A stretch of DNA of 32,000 nt, taken from Mycobacterium tuberculosis H37Rv. GTDB lineage: Bacteria; Actinomycetota; Actinomycetes; Mycobacteriales; Mycobacteriaceae. The stretch lies in the NCBI RefSeq assembly GCF_000195955.2, contig NC_000962.3, positions 3,240,001-3,272,000 of the forward strand, in the 5' to 3' direction. Within the stretch, counting starts at the first letter, position 1. Each line of letters begins with the position of its first letter. Below are positions 1-11,075 of this stretch, piece by piece. Below the pieces are notes generated by a model that saw nothing but the letters and a program-made list of their open reading frames with translations, had not been told where the DNA came from and searched no databases. The translations under genes were made by a program, and so were the position numbers.

Positions 1-551
1 GAGGTGACCAGGTATGACGGCGCACCCAGCCCTCGCGCTGCAGTCAGCTCCTGCAAGCTGGTCTTCCAATCCAATCCCGCACCCAGGGTCGGCGCGGCGT
101 CCAGCAACGGGCCAAACAGCCGCAGGATCACCTCACGGGCCTTCTCCATACCGTGTTGCAGGTAGATCGCGCCCAGCAGCGATTCCATACCGTCGGCCAG
201 AATGCTGGACTTGTCGGCCCCGCCGGTGTTCGCCTCGCCGCGACCCAATAGCACGTGAACACCGAGGCCTTCCGCACAGAGGCGGCGTGCGACGTCGGCC
301 AGGGCCTGGGTGTTGACTACGCTGGCCCGCAGTTTGGCCAGATCCCCCTCCGACCGATCAGGATGACGATGGAACAGCGCGTCGGTGATGGTCAGCCCTA
401 GCACGGCATCGCCGAGAAACTCCAAACGCTCGTTGGTCGGCAGCCCGCCGTTCTCGTAGGCGTAGCTGCGGTGGGTCAACGCCAGTGAGAGCAGCTCGTC
501 CGGGAGGTCCACACCGAGTGCGTCGAGCAGGGGTTGTCGTGACCGGATCAT
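1..551 (-). CDS. rnc: Ribonuclease III, C-terminus truncated by the left window edge
   Basis: Reverse-strand translation from ATG at 551-549: [52 protein letters not shown]..., with the RNase III signature NERLEFLGD. No stop before position 1. Absent from the ORF track because it is open at the edge. Confidence 0.95.
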   Translation of the reverse strand, partial: MIRSRQPLLDALGVDLPDELLSLALTHRSYAYENGGLPTNERLEFLGDAVLGLTITDALFHRHPDRSEGDLAKLRASVVNTQALADVARRLCAEGLGVHVLLGRGEANTGGADKSSILADGMESLLGAIYLQHGMEKAREVILRLFGPLLDAAPTLGAGLDWKTSLQELTAARGLGAPSYLVT

Positions 552-1171
552 CGCTCACCTCGTAATGTGTCGGACTCCGGCCCGAGCATTTCGACCAACT
601 TCGCCCACCGCGGGTCGATCTGTTCATGGCGATGACCTGGCTCGCTGGCCAGCGGGACACCGCACTGCGGGCAAAGACCCGGGCAGTCCGGCCGGCACAC
701 CGGCGAAAACGGCAATTCCAGACCGACCGCATCGATGATCGGCTGCTCGAGATCGATGGTTTCGTCGACGACGCGTCCGACCTCGTCTTCCTCGGTGGTC
801 TCGTCGGTGGCGCTATCCGGATAGGCAAACAGTTCGGTCAGGGCTACCTGAACGCGACCCCGCACCGGGCTGAGGCAACGAGCACACTCGCCGACGGTCG
901 GGGCGGCCACGGTCCCGGTCACCAACACGCCTTCGGACACCGACTCGACCCGCAGATCCAGGTCCAGAAGGGCGCCCTGGTCAATCGCGATCAGCTCCAG
1001 CCCGATGCGTGCGGGGCTGTGCACGGTGTCATGCAGCTCGAACATCGCTCCCGGTCGTCGCCCCAACCGTGCGATGTCGACCGTCATCGGCGACGCCACA
1101 TGTCGCTGCGCAGTGGGACCGTGCTGCCTGGCCATAAGAGAAATCCTACGGCGCACGCCACCCAGATCCAC
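548..1171 (-). CDS. YceD/DUF177 family protein (Rv2926c-like); start could be ATG at 1135 instead of GTG at 1171
   Basis: ORF 548..1522(-) contains ...[38 protein letters not shown]...[20 protein letters not shown]... and a Cys-rich tail [16 protein letters not shown], typical of YceD/DUF177. Its stop overlaps the rnc start (ATGA). Confidence 0.85.
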   Translation of the reverse strand: MDLGGVRRRISLMARQHGPTAQRHVASPMTVDIARLGRRPGAMFELHDTVHSPARIGLELIAIDQGALLDLDLRVESVSEGVLVTGTVAAPTVGECARCLSPVRGRVQVALTELFAYPDSATDETTEEDEVGRVVDETIDLEQPIIDAVGLELPFSPVCRPDCPGLCPQCGVPLASEPGHRHEQIDPRWAKLVEMLGPESDTLRGER

Positions 1172-1221
1172 GCCGCGTTGGGCGTTGGCCGGCGCTTGAT
1201 CCTTGCGCCGGGTGAATGGTG

Positions 1222-1959
1222 TTAGCGCACCGCGTAGTCGTGAGTGCCGGCCGCTGTGCGGAGCTGGTGGCGACCGCGGCCAACGGACCGCAGGGTGCCG
1301 TTGAGGAATTCCTCGAATTCGGCGAGCTTGTTGTCGACGTAGATATCGCATTCTCCGCGTAGCCGGTCCGCCTCGGCGTGCGCCGTGTCGACGAGGCGGG
1401 TCGATTCCGCGTTGGCCGCCGCAACCACCTCGTTCTGCGATACCAGGCGCTGCTGCTCTTTGATGCCCTCCTGCACGGCTTTCTCGTAGGAGATGTTGCC
1501 GTTTTCGATCAGCCGGTCGCATTCGGCCTGGGCGCGACTGACGCTGGCCTCGTATTCGCGTTTCGCGGCGGTGGCGATGCGAATCGCCTCCTCGCGTGCA
1601 TCGGCGACCATTCGCTCGCTGTGCTGGCGTGCCTCGCTGACCATCCGATCAGCCTGCGCCTTCGCGTCAGACAGGATCCGGTCAGCCTCGGTGCGGGCGT
1701 GGTTGAGTATCGACTCCGCCTCAGTGGTCGCCGAGGACACCATAGAGTCAGCGTGCGTCTTAGCGTCCTGCAACATCGAATCACGTGCGTCGAGGACGTC
1801 CTGCGCGTCATCCAGCTCACCGGGGATCGCATCCTTGATGTCGTCGATCAACTCCAGCACATCCCCACGCGGGACGACGCAACCTGCCGTCATCGGCACG
1901 CCTCGGGCTTCTTCGACTATGGCGCTCAATTCGTCCAGCGCTTCAAAGACTCGGTACAC
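1222..1959 (-). CDS. sepIVA: DivIVA-domain/coiled-coil septation factor (Rv2927c-like)
   Basis: 245 aa: VYRVFEALDELSAIVEEARGVPMTAGCVVPRGDVLELIDDIKDAIPGELDDAQDVLDARDSML... followed by a long Ala/Glu/Arg-rich coiled coil. Reverse-strand AGGAGGG at 1973-1967 is 7 nt before GTG 1959. Confidence 0.88.
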   Translation of the reverse strand: MYRVFEALDELSAIVEEARGVPMTAGCVVPRGDVLELIDDIKDAIPGELDDAQDVLDARDSMLQDAKTHADSMVSSATTEAESILNHARTEADRILSDAKAQADRMVSEARQHSERMVADAREEAIRIATAAKREYEASVSRAQAECDRLIENGNISYEKAVQEGIKEQQRLVSQNEVVAAANAESTRLVDTAHAEADRLRGECDIYVDNKLAEFEEFLNGTLRSVGRGRHQLRTAAGTHDYAVR

Positions 1960-2191
1960 GGCCACACCCTCCTGGCATCTTGCAAGATCCCTGTTGTTAC
2001 CAGTGTGCCTGGTGTTTCGTCTGTGACTGCACTGGTGGCGCCGGTGTGTCGGGACACAATTTCATATTCGACGAGCCCGGGCGACCACTCAGATCACGCG
2101 GCCTGCTGGGCGCGTGTCGTAGACCGTTCGGCGGCTGACGGGTGAGCCTACGTCGTCTGGGCGATCTTGCCCGAGCGTGCCGACAACGTAG

Positions 2192-3281
<1,090 letters not shown>

Positions 3282-3696
3282 CTACCAATTCGTCACCGGC
3301 ATCGCACACGTCACACCAACCACAGCGGACGCGGCACGGCACGCGGAAGGGACGTTAGACTCGGCTAGCACCACCACCGTGCCCAGGCAACGACGCCGGC
3401 CGTCGCTAAGAAATTTGGTTGACTTCATGAATAAGGCCGCGCCCGCCCCGACAAATGATTACCTTACATTTGCGGGCTAGGCATAGCGGAGCAGGGGTTT
3501 TAGTCTAGGGGGAGATCGGCTGGCGCTGCGCAGACATGCTGCGGAAGCAGAACTGCGTAATCGTCAGGTGGCTTGGTCAGTTCAGACCGGCACGTTTCAG
3601 AGCGGTGGGGATGTCCCGACGTGCGATCCGACAGGGGTTCGCAGGGTCCGCAAAAAACATAGTGAACGCCAGAAAGCCGAATGGGAGTACAAGGCG
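3282..3696 (+). promoter_or_regulatory. Leader/intergenic region expected to carry the promoter of the fadD26-pps operon
   Basis: About 415 nt with no convincing ORF before the first gene of a long co-directional overlapping gene string. Contains AT-richer patches (for example 3419-3436 and 3451-3474). A GGGAG Shine-Dalgarno-like element lies about 8 nt before ATG 3697. I cannot assign -10/-35 boxes confidently. Confidence 0.5.
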
Positions 3697-5448
3697 ATGC
3701 CGGTGACCGACCGTTCAGTGCCCTCTTTGCTGCAAGAGAGGGCCGACCAGCAGCCTGACAGCACTGCATATACGTACATCGACTACGGATCCGACCCCAA
3801 GGGATTTGCTGACAGCTTGACTTGGTCGCAGGTCTACAGTCGTGCATGCATCATTGCTGAAGAACTCAAGTTATGCGGGTTACCCGGAGATCGAGTGGCG
3901 GTTTTAGCGCCACAAGGACTGGAATATGTCCTTGCATTCCTGGGCGCACTTCAGGCTGGATTTATCGCGGTTCCGCTGTCAACTCCACAGTATGGCATTC
4001 ACGATGACCGCGTTTCTGCGGTGTTGCAGGATTCCAAGCCGGTAGCCATTCTCACGACTTCGTCCGTGGTAGGCGATGTAACGAAATACGCAGCCAGCCA
4101 CGACGGGCAGCCTGCCCCGGTCGTAGTTGAGGTTGATCTGCTTGATTTGGACTCGCCGCGACAGATGCCGGCTTTCTCTCGTCAGCACACCGGGGCGGCT
4201 TATCTCCAATACACGTCCGGATCGACGCGTACGCCGGCCGGAGTCATTGTGTCGCACACGAATGTCATTGCCAATGTGACACAAAGTATGTACGGCTATT
4301 TCGGCGATCCCGCAAAGATTCCGACCGGGACTGTGGTGTCGTGGCTGCCTTTGTATCACGATATGGGCCTGATTCTCGGAATTTGCGCACCGCTGGTGGC
4401 CCGACGCCGCGCGATGTTGATGAGCCCAATGTCATTTTTGCGCCGTCCGGCCCGCTGGATGCAACTGCTTGCCACCAGCGGCCGGTGCTTTTCTGCGGCA
4501 CCGAATTTCGCCTTCGAGCTGGCCGTGCGCAGAACATCTGACCAGGACATGGCGGGGCTCGACCTGCGCGACGTGGTCGGCATCGTCAGTGGCAGTGAGC
4601 GAATCCATGTGGCAACCGTGCGGCGGTTCATCGAGCGGTTCGCGCCGTACAATCTCAGCCCCACCGCGATACGGCCGTCGTACGGGCTCGCGGAAGCGAC
4701 CTTATATGTGGCAGCTCCCGAAGCCGGCGCCGCGCCCAAGACGGTCCGTTTTGACTACGAGCAGCTGACCGCCGGGCAGGCTCGGCCCTGCGGAACCGAT
4801 GGGTCGGTCGGCACCGAACTGATCAGCTACGGCTCCCCCGACCCATCGTCTGTGCGAATCGTCAACCCGGAGACCATGGTTGAGAATCCGCCTGGAGTGG
4901 TCGGTGAGATCTGGGTGCATGGCGACCACGTGACTATGGGGTATTGGCAGAAGCCGAAGCAGACCGCGCAGGTCTTCGACGCCAAGCTGGTCGATCCCGC
5001 GCCGGCAGCCCCGGAGGGGCCGTGGCTGCGCACCGGCGACCTGGGCGTCATTTCCGATGGTGAGCTGTTCATCATGGGCCGCATCAAAGACCTGCTCATC
5101 GTGGACGGGCGCAACCACTACCCCGACGACATCGAGGCAACGATCCAGGAGATCACCGGTGGACGGGCCGCGGCGATCGCAGTGCCCGACGACATCACCG
5201 AACAACTGGTGGCGATCATCGAATTCAAGCGACGCGGTAGTACCGCCGAAGAGGTCATGCTCAAGCTCCGCTCGGTGAAGCGTGAGGTCACCTCCGCGAT
5301 ATCGAAGTCACACAGCCTGCGGGTGGCCGATCTCGTTCTGGTGTCACCTGGTTCGATTCCCATCACCACCAGCGGCAAGATCCGGCGGTCAGCCTGCGTC
5401 GAACGCTATCGCAGCGACGGCTTCAAGCGGCTGGACGTAGCCGTATGA
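3697..5448 (+). CDS. fadD26: Long-chain fatty-acid-AMP ligase (FAAL) activating the starter unit for PpsA
   Basis: 583 aa from MPVTDRSVPSLLQERADQQ...; ANL-superfamily motifs YTSGSTRTPAGV, YGLAEATLY, GPWLRTGDLG, GRIKDLLIVDGRNHYPDDIE. Stop overlaps the ppsA start (ATGA). Confidence 0.96.
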   Translation: MPVTDRSVPSLLQERADQQPDSTAYTYIDYGSDPKGFADSLTWSQVYSRACIIAEELKLCGLPGDRVAVLAPQGLEYVLAFLGALQAGFIAVPLSTPQYGIHDDRVSAVLQDSKPVAILTTSSVVGDVTKYAASHDGQPAPVVVEVDLLDLDSPRQMPAFSRQHTGAAYLQYTSGSTRTPAGVIVSHTNVIANVTQSMYGYFGDPAKIPTGTVVSWLPLYHDMGLILGICAPLVARRRAMLMSPMSFLRRPARWMQLLATSGRCFSAAPNFAFELAVRRTSDQDMAGLDLRDVVGIVSGSERIHVATVRRFIERFAPYNLSPTAIRPSYGLAEATLYVAAPEAGAAPKTVRFDYEQLTAGQARPCGTDGSVGTELISYGSPDPSSVRIVNPETMVENPPGVVGEIWVHGDHVTMGYWQKPKQTAQVFDAKLVDPAPAAPEGPWLRTGDLGVISDGELFIMGRIKDLLIVDGRNHYPDDIEATIQEITGGRAAAIAVPDDITEQLVAIIEFKRRGSTAEEVMLKLRSVKREVTSAISKSHSLRVADLVLVSPGSIPITTSGKIRRSACVERYRSDGFKRLDVAV

Positions 5449-5690
5449 CGGGAAGCATCAGTGGTGAAGCCGACCTTCGCCACTGGCTAATCGACTACCT
5501 AGTAACCAATATCGGCTGCACACCTGACGAGGTGGACCCCGATCTGTCGCTTGCCGACCTCGGCGTCAGCTCCCGCGACGCGGTCGTACTGTCCGGCGAA
5601 CTGTCAGAGCTGCTGGGCAGGACCGTATCGCCGATTGACTTCTGGGAGCACCCGACGATCAACGCGCTGGCCGCGTATCTGGCCGCACCC
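5445..5690 (+). other. N-terminal loading ACP domain of PpsA (approximate borders)
   Basis: [52 protein letters not shown] precedes the KS; GVSS phosphopantetheine site, Ser codon 5571-5573. Confidence 0.88.
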
Positions 5691-8600
5691 GAGCCGAGCC
5701 CCGACTCCGACGCCGCAGTCAAGCGTGGTGCCCGGAACTCACTCGACGAGCCAATCGCCGTCGTCGGCATGGGATGTCGTTTCCCTGGCGGGATTTCGTG
5801 CCCAGAAGCATTGTGGGACTTTCTCTGTGAACGCCGTTCCTCGATCAGCCAGGTGCCGCCGCAACGATGGCAGCCCTTCGAAGGCGGGCCACCCGAGGTA
5901 GCCGCGGCGCTAGCGCGCACTACACGGTGGGGCTCATTTTTGCCCGACATCGACGCCTTCGACGCGGAATTCTTCGAGATCTCCCCCAGCGAAGCCGACA
6001 AGATGGACCCCCAGCAACGCCTGCTGCTGGAAGTGGCCTGGGAAGCGTTGGAGCACGCGGGAATCCCGCCCGGCACGCTGCGCCGCTCGGCAACAGGAGT
6101 GTTTGCCGGGGCATGCCTGAGCGAATACGGTGCGATGGCTTCCGCCGATCTGTCGCAGGTCGATGGTTGGAGCAATAGCGGTGGCGCGATGAGCATCATC
6201 GCCAACCGCCTCTCGTATTTCCTTGACCTGCGCGGCCCGTCGGTGGCGGTAGACACCGCATGCTCGTCGTCGTTGGTAGCGATCCACCTGGCCTGCCAGA
6301 GCCTTCGGACCCAGGACTGTCACCTGGCAATCGCAGCCGGCGTGAATTTGTTGTTGTCCCCGGCGGTATTTCGCGGTTTCGACCAAGTCGGCGCCTTGTC
6401 CCCGACAGGTCAGTGCCGTGCGTTCGATGCGACCGCCGACGGGTTTGTCCGCGGCGAGGGTGCCGGGGTAGTGGTGCTCAAGCGGTTGACCGATGCACAG
6501 CGCGACGGGGATCGGGTGCTTGCGGTGATCTGCGGTTCTGCGGTCAACCAGGACGGCCGATCCAACGGGCTGATGGCCCCCAACCCAGCGGCCCAGATGG
6601 CGGTGCTGCGTGCCGCCTACACCAACGCGGGGATGCAGCCCAGCGAGGTCGACTACGTCGAAGCGCACGGAACAGGGACGCTGTTGGGCGACCCGATCGA
6701 AGCCCGCGCTCTCGGAACGGTGCTGGGTCGCGGCCGGCCCGAGGATTCTCCGTTGCTCATCGGCTCTGTCAAGACCAACCTCGGTCACACCGAGGCTGCG
6801 GCTGGAATCGCGGGCTTCATCAAGACGGTGCTGGCTGTGCAGCATGGCCAGATTCCGCCAAATCAGCACTTCGAAACCGCGAACCCGCACATTCCCTTTA
6901 CCGACTTGCGGATGAAAGTCGTTGACACACAAACTGAATGGCCGGCAACGGGCCATCCCCGCCGTGCCGGTGTGTCGTCGTTCGGCTTCGGTGGCACAAA
7001 CGCGCACGTGGTGATCGAGCAGGGCCAGGAGGTGCGCCCCGCGCCTGGACAAGGCTTAAGTCCGGCGGTGTCGACCCTGGTAGTGGCCGGCAAGACTATG
7101 CAGCGGGTGTCCGCGACCGCGGGGATGCTAGCCGATTGGATGGAAGGGCCCGGCGCTGACGTGGCCTTGGCCGACGTGGCCCACACCCTCAATCACCACC
7201 GATCGCGGCAACCCAAGTTCGGCACGGTGGTGGCCCGTGACCGTACCCAGGCGATAGCCGGATTGCGTGCGCTGGCCGCCGGCCAACACGCCCCCGGCGT
7301 GGTCAACCCTGCCGACGGCTCGCCGGGGCCGGGCACCGTGTTCGTCTACTCCGGCCGCGGTTCACAGTGGGCTGGCATGGGCCGTCAATTGTTGGCCGAC
7401 GAGCCGGCTTTCGCGGCCGCGGTCGCCGAATTGGAACCGGTGTTTGTCGAGCAAGCCGGCTTTTCGTTGCACGACGTGCTGGCTAACGGCGAGGAACTGG
7501 TCGGTATCGAGCAGATTCAGCTCGGGTTGATCGGGATGCAGCTGGCCCTGACCGAATTATGGTGTTCCTACGGGGTGCGGCCCGACCTGGTGATCGGCCA
7601 CTCCATGGGCGAGGTGGCCGCCGCCGTGGTCGCCGGGGCACTGACCCCGGCCGAGGGTCTGCGGGTGACCGCCACCCGGTCACGGCTGATGGCACCGTTG
7701 TCCGGCCAGGGCGGCATGGCACTGCTGGAACTCGACGCGCCCACTACCGAGGCGTTGATTGCCGACTTCCCACAGGTGACGCTCGGTATTTACAACTCAC
7801 CACGGCAAACGGTGATCGCCGGGCCCACCGAGCAGATCGATGAGTTGATCGCCCGGGTGCGCGCGCAAAACCGGTTTGCCAGTCGGGTCAATATCGAAGT
7901 GGCCCCGCACAATCCGGCCATGGATGCTTTGCAGCCGGCGATGCGTTCGGAGCTGGCCGATCTGACCCCACGGACCCCCACCATCGGAATCATCTCCACC
8001 ACCTACGCAGACTTGCACACCCAACCGGTCTTCGACGCCGAACACTGGGCCACCAACATGCGCAACCCCGTGCGCTTCCAGCAGGCCATCGCTTCCGCCG
8101 GTAGCGGCGCCGACGGCGCCTACCACACCTTCATCGAAATCAGCGCACACCCGCTGCTGACCCAGGCCATCATCGACACTCTGCACAGCGCTCAACCCGG
8201 AGCCAGATACACCAGCCTCGGGACCCTGCAACGCGACACCGACGACGTCGTGACCTTCCGGACCAACCTCAACAAGGCCCACACCATCCACCCACCGCAC
8301 ACCCCCCACCCCCCCGAGCCACATCCGCCCATCCCCACCACCCCGTGGCAACACACCCGTCACTGGATCACCACCAAATATCCGGCCGGCTCTGTTGGAT
8401 CGGCCCCCCGAGCGGGCACACTGCTCGGCCAACACACCACCGTCGCCACGGTCTCAGCGAGTCCGCCCTCCCACCTCTGGCAAGCAAGGCTGGCTCCGGA
8501 CGCCAAGCCGTACCAGGGCGGTCATCGATTCCACCAAGTCGAGGTGGTCCCAGCTTCTGTTGTGCTGCACACAATCCTTTCCGCTGCAACAGAATTGGGC

Positions 8601-11075
8601 TACTCCGCGTTGTCCGAGGTCCGATTCGAGCAACCCATTTTCGCCGACCGGCCACGTCTAATCCAGGTCGTCGCCGACAACCGGGCGATCAGCCTGGCCT
8701 CGAGTCCGGCTGCCGGAACACCCTCAGACCGGTGGACGCGGCATGTTACCGCACAACTTTCCTCGTCACCGTCGGATTCGGCCAGCAGCTTGAACGAGCA
8801 CCATCGCGCCAACGGGCAGCCGCCCGAACGTGCTCACCGCGACCTGATTCCCGACCTGGCCGAGCTGCTCGCAATGCGCGGCATCGATGGCCTGCCTTTC
8901 TCATGGACCGTCGCGTCGTGGACACAGCACTCGAGCAACCTCACGGTTGCGATCGATCTCCCCGAAGCTCTGCCCGAAGGGTCGACTGGGCCGCTCCTTG
9001 ACGCCGCGGTGCACCTCGCCGCGCTATCGGACGTCGCTGATTCGCGGCTCTACGTGCCGGCAAGCATCGAGCAGATATCGCTCGGCGATGTCGTCACCGG
9101 GCCGCGTAGCTCGGTGACGCTGAACCGCACCGCTCACGACGACGACGGGATCACCGTCGATGTCACCGTTGCAGCCCACGGCGAAGTGCCGTCCCTGTCG
9201 ATGAGGTCGCTTCGATACCGGGCTCTGGACTTTGGCCTAGACGTTGGTAGGGCGCAACCGCCCGCGTCGACCGGTCCGGTCGAGGCCTACTGTGATGCCA
9301 CCAATTTCGTACACACGATCGACTGGCAACCGCAGACCGTTCCGGACGCGACGCACCCAGGGGCCGAACAGGTAACCCATCCAGGACCCGTCGCGATAAT
9401 CGGCGATGACGGCGCAGCGCTGTGTGAGACCCTCGAAGGGGCGGGCTACCAGCCGGCCGTGATGTCCGATGGGGTGTCGCAGGCCCGCTACGTCGTTTAC
9501 GTCGCGGATTCTGATCCGGCTGGCGCCGACGAGACCGACGTCGACTTCGCCGTCCGGATCTGTACCGAAATCACCGGTCTGGTGCGGACTCTCGCGGAAC
9601 GCGATGCGGATAAGCCCGCGGCGCTATGGATCCTCACCCGCGGAGTTCACGAATCGGTCGCCCCGTCCGCGCTGCGCCAGAGTTTCCTGTGGGGCCTTGC
9701 CGGTGTCATCGCCGCCGAACATCCCGAGCTGTGGGGCGGACTGGTCGATCTCGCGATCAACGACGACTTAGGCGAATTCGGGCCGGCACTTGCCGAACTG
9801 CTTGCCAAACCAAGCAAGTCGATCTTGGTGCGTCGTGACGGCGTGGTGCTCGCCCCGGCCTTGGCTCCCGTCCGTGGCGAGCCGGCGCGCAAGTCCTTGC
9901 AGTGCAGGCCCGACGCGGCCTACCTCATCACCGGCGGCCTGGGCGCCCTTGGCCTGCTGATGGCCGATTGGCTCGCCGACCGCGGCGCTCATCGATTGGT
10001 GTTGACCGGCCGCACGCCATTGCCGCCACGGCGGGACTGGCAACTCGACACCCTCGACACCGAGCTGCGCCGGAGGATCGACGCGATCCGCGCCCTGGAA
10101 ATGCGCGGGGTGACTGTCGAAGCCGTCGCCGCCGACGTCGGCTGCCGCGAAGACGTGCAGGCCCTGTTGGCCGCGCGCGACCGTGACGGAGCGGCACCGA
10201 TCCGCGGGATCATCCACGCCGCGGGCATTACCAACGATCAATTGGTGACGAGCATGACCGGCGATGCGGTGCGACAGGTTATGTGGCCGAAGATCGGCGG
10301 CAGCCAGGTCCTACACGACGCATTTCCGCCCGGCAGCGTGGACTTCTTCTACTTGACCGCCTCGGCTGCCGGGATATTCGGCATTCCAGGGCAGGGTTCC
10401 TACGCCGCCGCCAATTCCTACTTGGACGCGCTGGCGCGGGCGCGCCGGCAACAGGGCTGCCACACCATGAGCCTCGACTGGGTAGCCTGGCGGGGGCTCG
10501 GATTGGCCGCGGACGCCCAGCTCGTCAGCGAAGAGCTAGCGCGAATGGGTTCGCGTGACATCACGCCGTCGGAGGCATTCACCGCTTGGGAATTCGTCGA
10601 TGGCTACGACGTCGCGCAAGCGGTCGTGGTGCCCATGCCCGCTCCGGCGGGCGCCGATGGATCCGGTGCGAACGCTTACCTATTGCCGGCGCGGAACTGG
10701 TCGGTGATGGCAGCGACCGAGGTGCGATCCGAGCTCGAACAGGGGTTACGCCGCATCATTGCAGCCGAGCTGCGAGTGCCTGAGAAAGAGCTGGACACCG
10801 ACCGCCCGTTCGCCGAGTTGGGTCTCAATTCCCTTATGGCAATGGCGATTCGGCGCGAGGCCGAGCAGTTTGTCGGCATCGAGTTGTCTGCCACCATGTT
10901 GTTCAACCACCCAACGGTCAAATCACTCGCCAGCTACCTTGCCAAACGTGTGGCACCGCACGATGTGTCACAAGACAACCAGATTTCCGCGCTATCCTCG
11001 TCGGCCGGAAGTGTGTTGGACAGTCTATTCGATCGCATCGAATCGGCGCCGCCTGAGGCCGAGAGGTCGGTGTGA
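5445..11075 (+). CDS. ppsA: Phthiocerol synthase type I PKS module 1 (ACP-KS-AT-[DH-like]-KR-ACP)
   Basis: 1876 aa. N-terminal [19 protein letters not shown]; [32 protein letters not shown]; [14 protein letters not shown]; [20 protein letters not shown] and YAAANSYLD; C-terminal [14 protein letters not shown]. Confidence 0.97.
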   Translation: MTGSISGEADLRHWLIDYLVTNIGCTPDEVDPDLSLADLGVSSRDAVVLSGELSELLGRTVSPIDFWEHPTINALAAYLAAPEPSPDSDAAVKRGARNSLDEPIAVVGMGCRFPGGISCPEALWDFLCERRSSISQVPPQRWQPFEGGPPEVAAALARTTRWGSFLPDIDAFDAEFFEISPSEADKMDPQQRLLLEVAWEALEHAGIPPGTLRRSATGVFAGACLSEYGAMASADLSQVDGWSNSGGAMSIIANRLSYFLDLRGPSVAVDTACSSSLVAIHLACQSLRTQDCHLAIAAGVNLLLSPAVFRGFDQVGALSPTGQCRAFDATADGFVRGEGAGVVVLKRLTDAQRDGDRVLAVICGSAVNQDGRSNGLMAPNPAAQMAVLRAAYTNAGMQPSEVDYVEAHGTGTLLGDPIEARALGTVLGRGRPEDSPLLIGSVKTNLGHTEAAAGIAGFIKTVLAVQHGQIPPNQHFETANPHIPFTDLRMKVVDTQTEWPATGHPRRAGVSSFGFGGTNAHVVIEQGQEVRPAPGQGLSPAVSTLVVAGKTMQRVSATAGMLADWMEGPGADVALADVAHTLNHHRSRQPKFGTVVARDRTQAIAGLRALAAGQHAPGVVNPADGSPGPGTVFVYSGRGSQWAGMGRQLLADEPAFAAAVAELEPVFVEQAGFSLHDVLANGEELVGIEQIQLGLIGMQLALTELWCSYGVRPDLVIGHSMGEVAAAVVAGALTPAEGLRVTATRSRLMAPLSGQGGMALLELDAPTTEALIADFPQVTLGIYNSPRQTVIAGPTEQIDELIARVRAQNRFASRVNIEVAPHNPAMDALQPAMRSELADLTPRTPTIGIISTTYADLHTQPVFDAEHWATNMRNPVRFQQAIASAGSGADGAYHTFIEISAHPLLTQAIIDTLHSAQPGARYTSLGTLQRDTDDVVTFRTNLNKAHTIHPPHTPHPPEPHPPIPTTPWQHTRHWITTKYPAGSVGSAPRAGTLLGQHTTVATVSASPPSHLWQARLAPDAKPYQGGHRFHQVEVVPASVVLHTILSAATELGYSALSEVRFEQPIFADRPRLIQVVADNRAISLASSPAAGTPSDRWTRHVTAQLSSSPSDSASSLNEHHRANGQPPERAHRDLIPDLAELLAMRGIDGLPFSWTVASWTQHSSNLTVAIDLPEALPEGSTGPLLDAAVHLAALSDVADSRLYVPASIEQISLGDVVTGPRSSVTLNRTAHDDDGITVDVTVAAHGEVPSLSMRSLRYRALDFGLDVGRAQPPASTGPVEAYCDATNFVHTIDWQPQTVPDATHPGAEQVTHPGPVAIIGDDGAALCETLEGAGYQPAVMSDGVSQARYVVYVADSDPAGADETDVDFAVRICTEITGLVRTLAERDADKPAALWILTRGVHESVAPSALRQSFLWGLAGVIAAEHPELWGGLVDLAINDDLGEFGPALAELLAKPSKSILVRRDGVVLAPALAPVRGEPARKSLQCRPDAAYLITGGLGALGLLMADWLADRGAHRLVLTGRTPLPPRRDWQLDTLDTELRRRIDAIRALEMRGVTVEAVAADVGCREDVQALLAARDRDGAAPIRGIIHAAGITNDQLVTSMTGDAVRQVMWPKIGGSQVLHDAFPPGSVDFFYLTASAAGIFGIPGQGSYAAANSYLDALARARRQQGCHTMSLDWVAWRGLGLAADAQLVSEELARMGSRDITPSEAFTAWEFVDGYDVAQAVVVPMPAPAGADGSGANAYLLPARNWSVMAATEVRSELEQGLRRIIAAELRVPEKELDTDRPFAELGLNSLMAMAIRREAEQFVGIELSATMLFNHPTVKSLASYLAKRVAPHDVSQDNQISALSSSAGSVLDSLFDRIESAPPEAERSV
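7835..8167 (+). repeat. AT-domain segment of ppsA nearly identical to 13249..13581 in ppsB
   Basis: Constant offset of 5414 nt and about five mismatches by eye over ~330 nt. The same antisense shadow ORF ([29 protein letters not shown]...) appears at both sites in the track. Confidence 0.9.
8480..9260 (+). other. DH-like (double-hotdog) region in PpsA between AT and KR, probably non-functional (approximate borders)
   Basis: [14 protein letters not shown] (8523 onward) aligns to HxxxGxxxxPG. [15 protein letters not shown] (Asp codon 9000-9002) aligns to HPxxxDAALQ, followed by [15 protein letters not shown], like the DH hotdog 2 strand. Confidence 0.65.

Noticed and set aside
14-316. 100-aa plus-strand ORF at the left edge
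   Set aside because: Antisense to rnc; the minus strand encodes a clear RNase III.
3568-3696. N-terminal extension of fadD26 (MAWSVQTGTFQSGGDVPTCD...)
   Set aside because: The extension does not look like ANL protein sequence, and ATG 3697 has a GGGAG Shine-Dalgarno at good spacing and matches the conserved FAAL start.
5934-7052. 372-aa antisense ORF opposite ppsA KS
   Set aside because: High-GC shadow ORF. The opposite strand has clear KS motifs; the antisense translation is Arg/His/Gln-rich with no domain, and similar shadows recur opposite each KS/AT.
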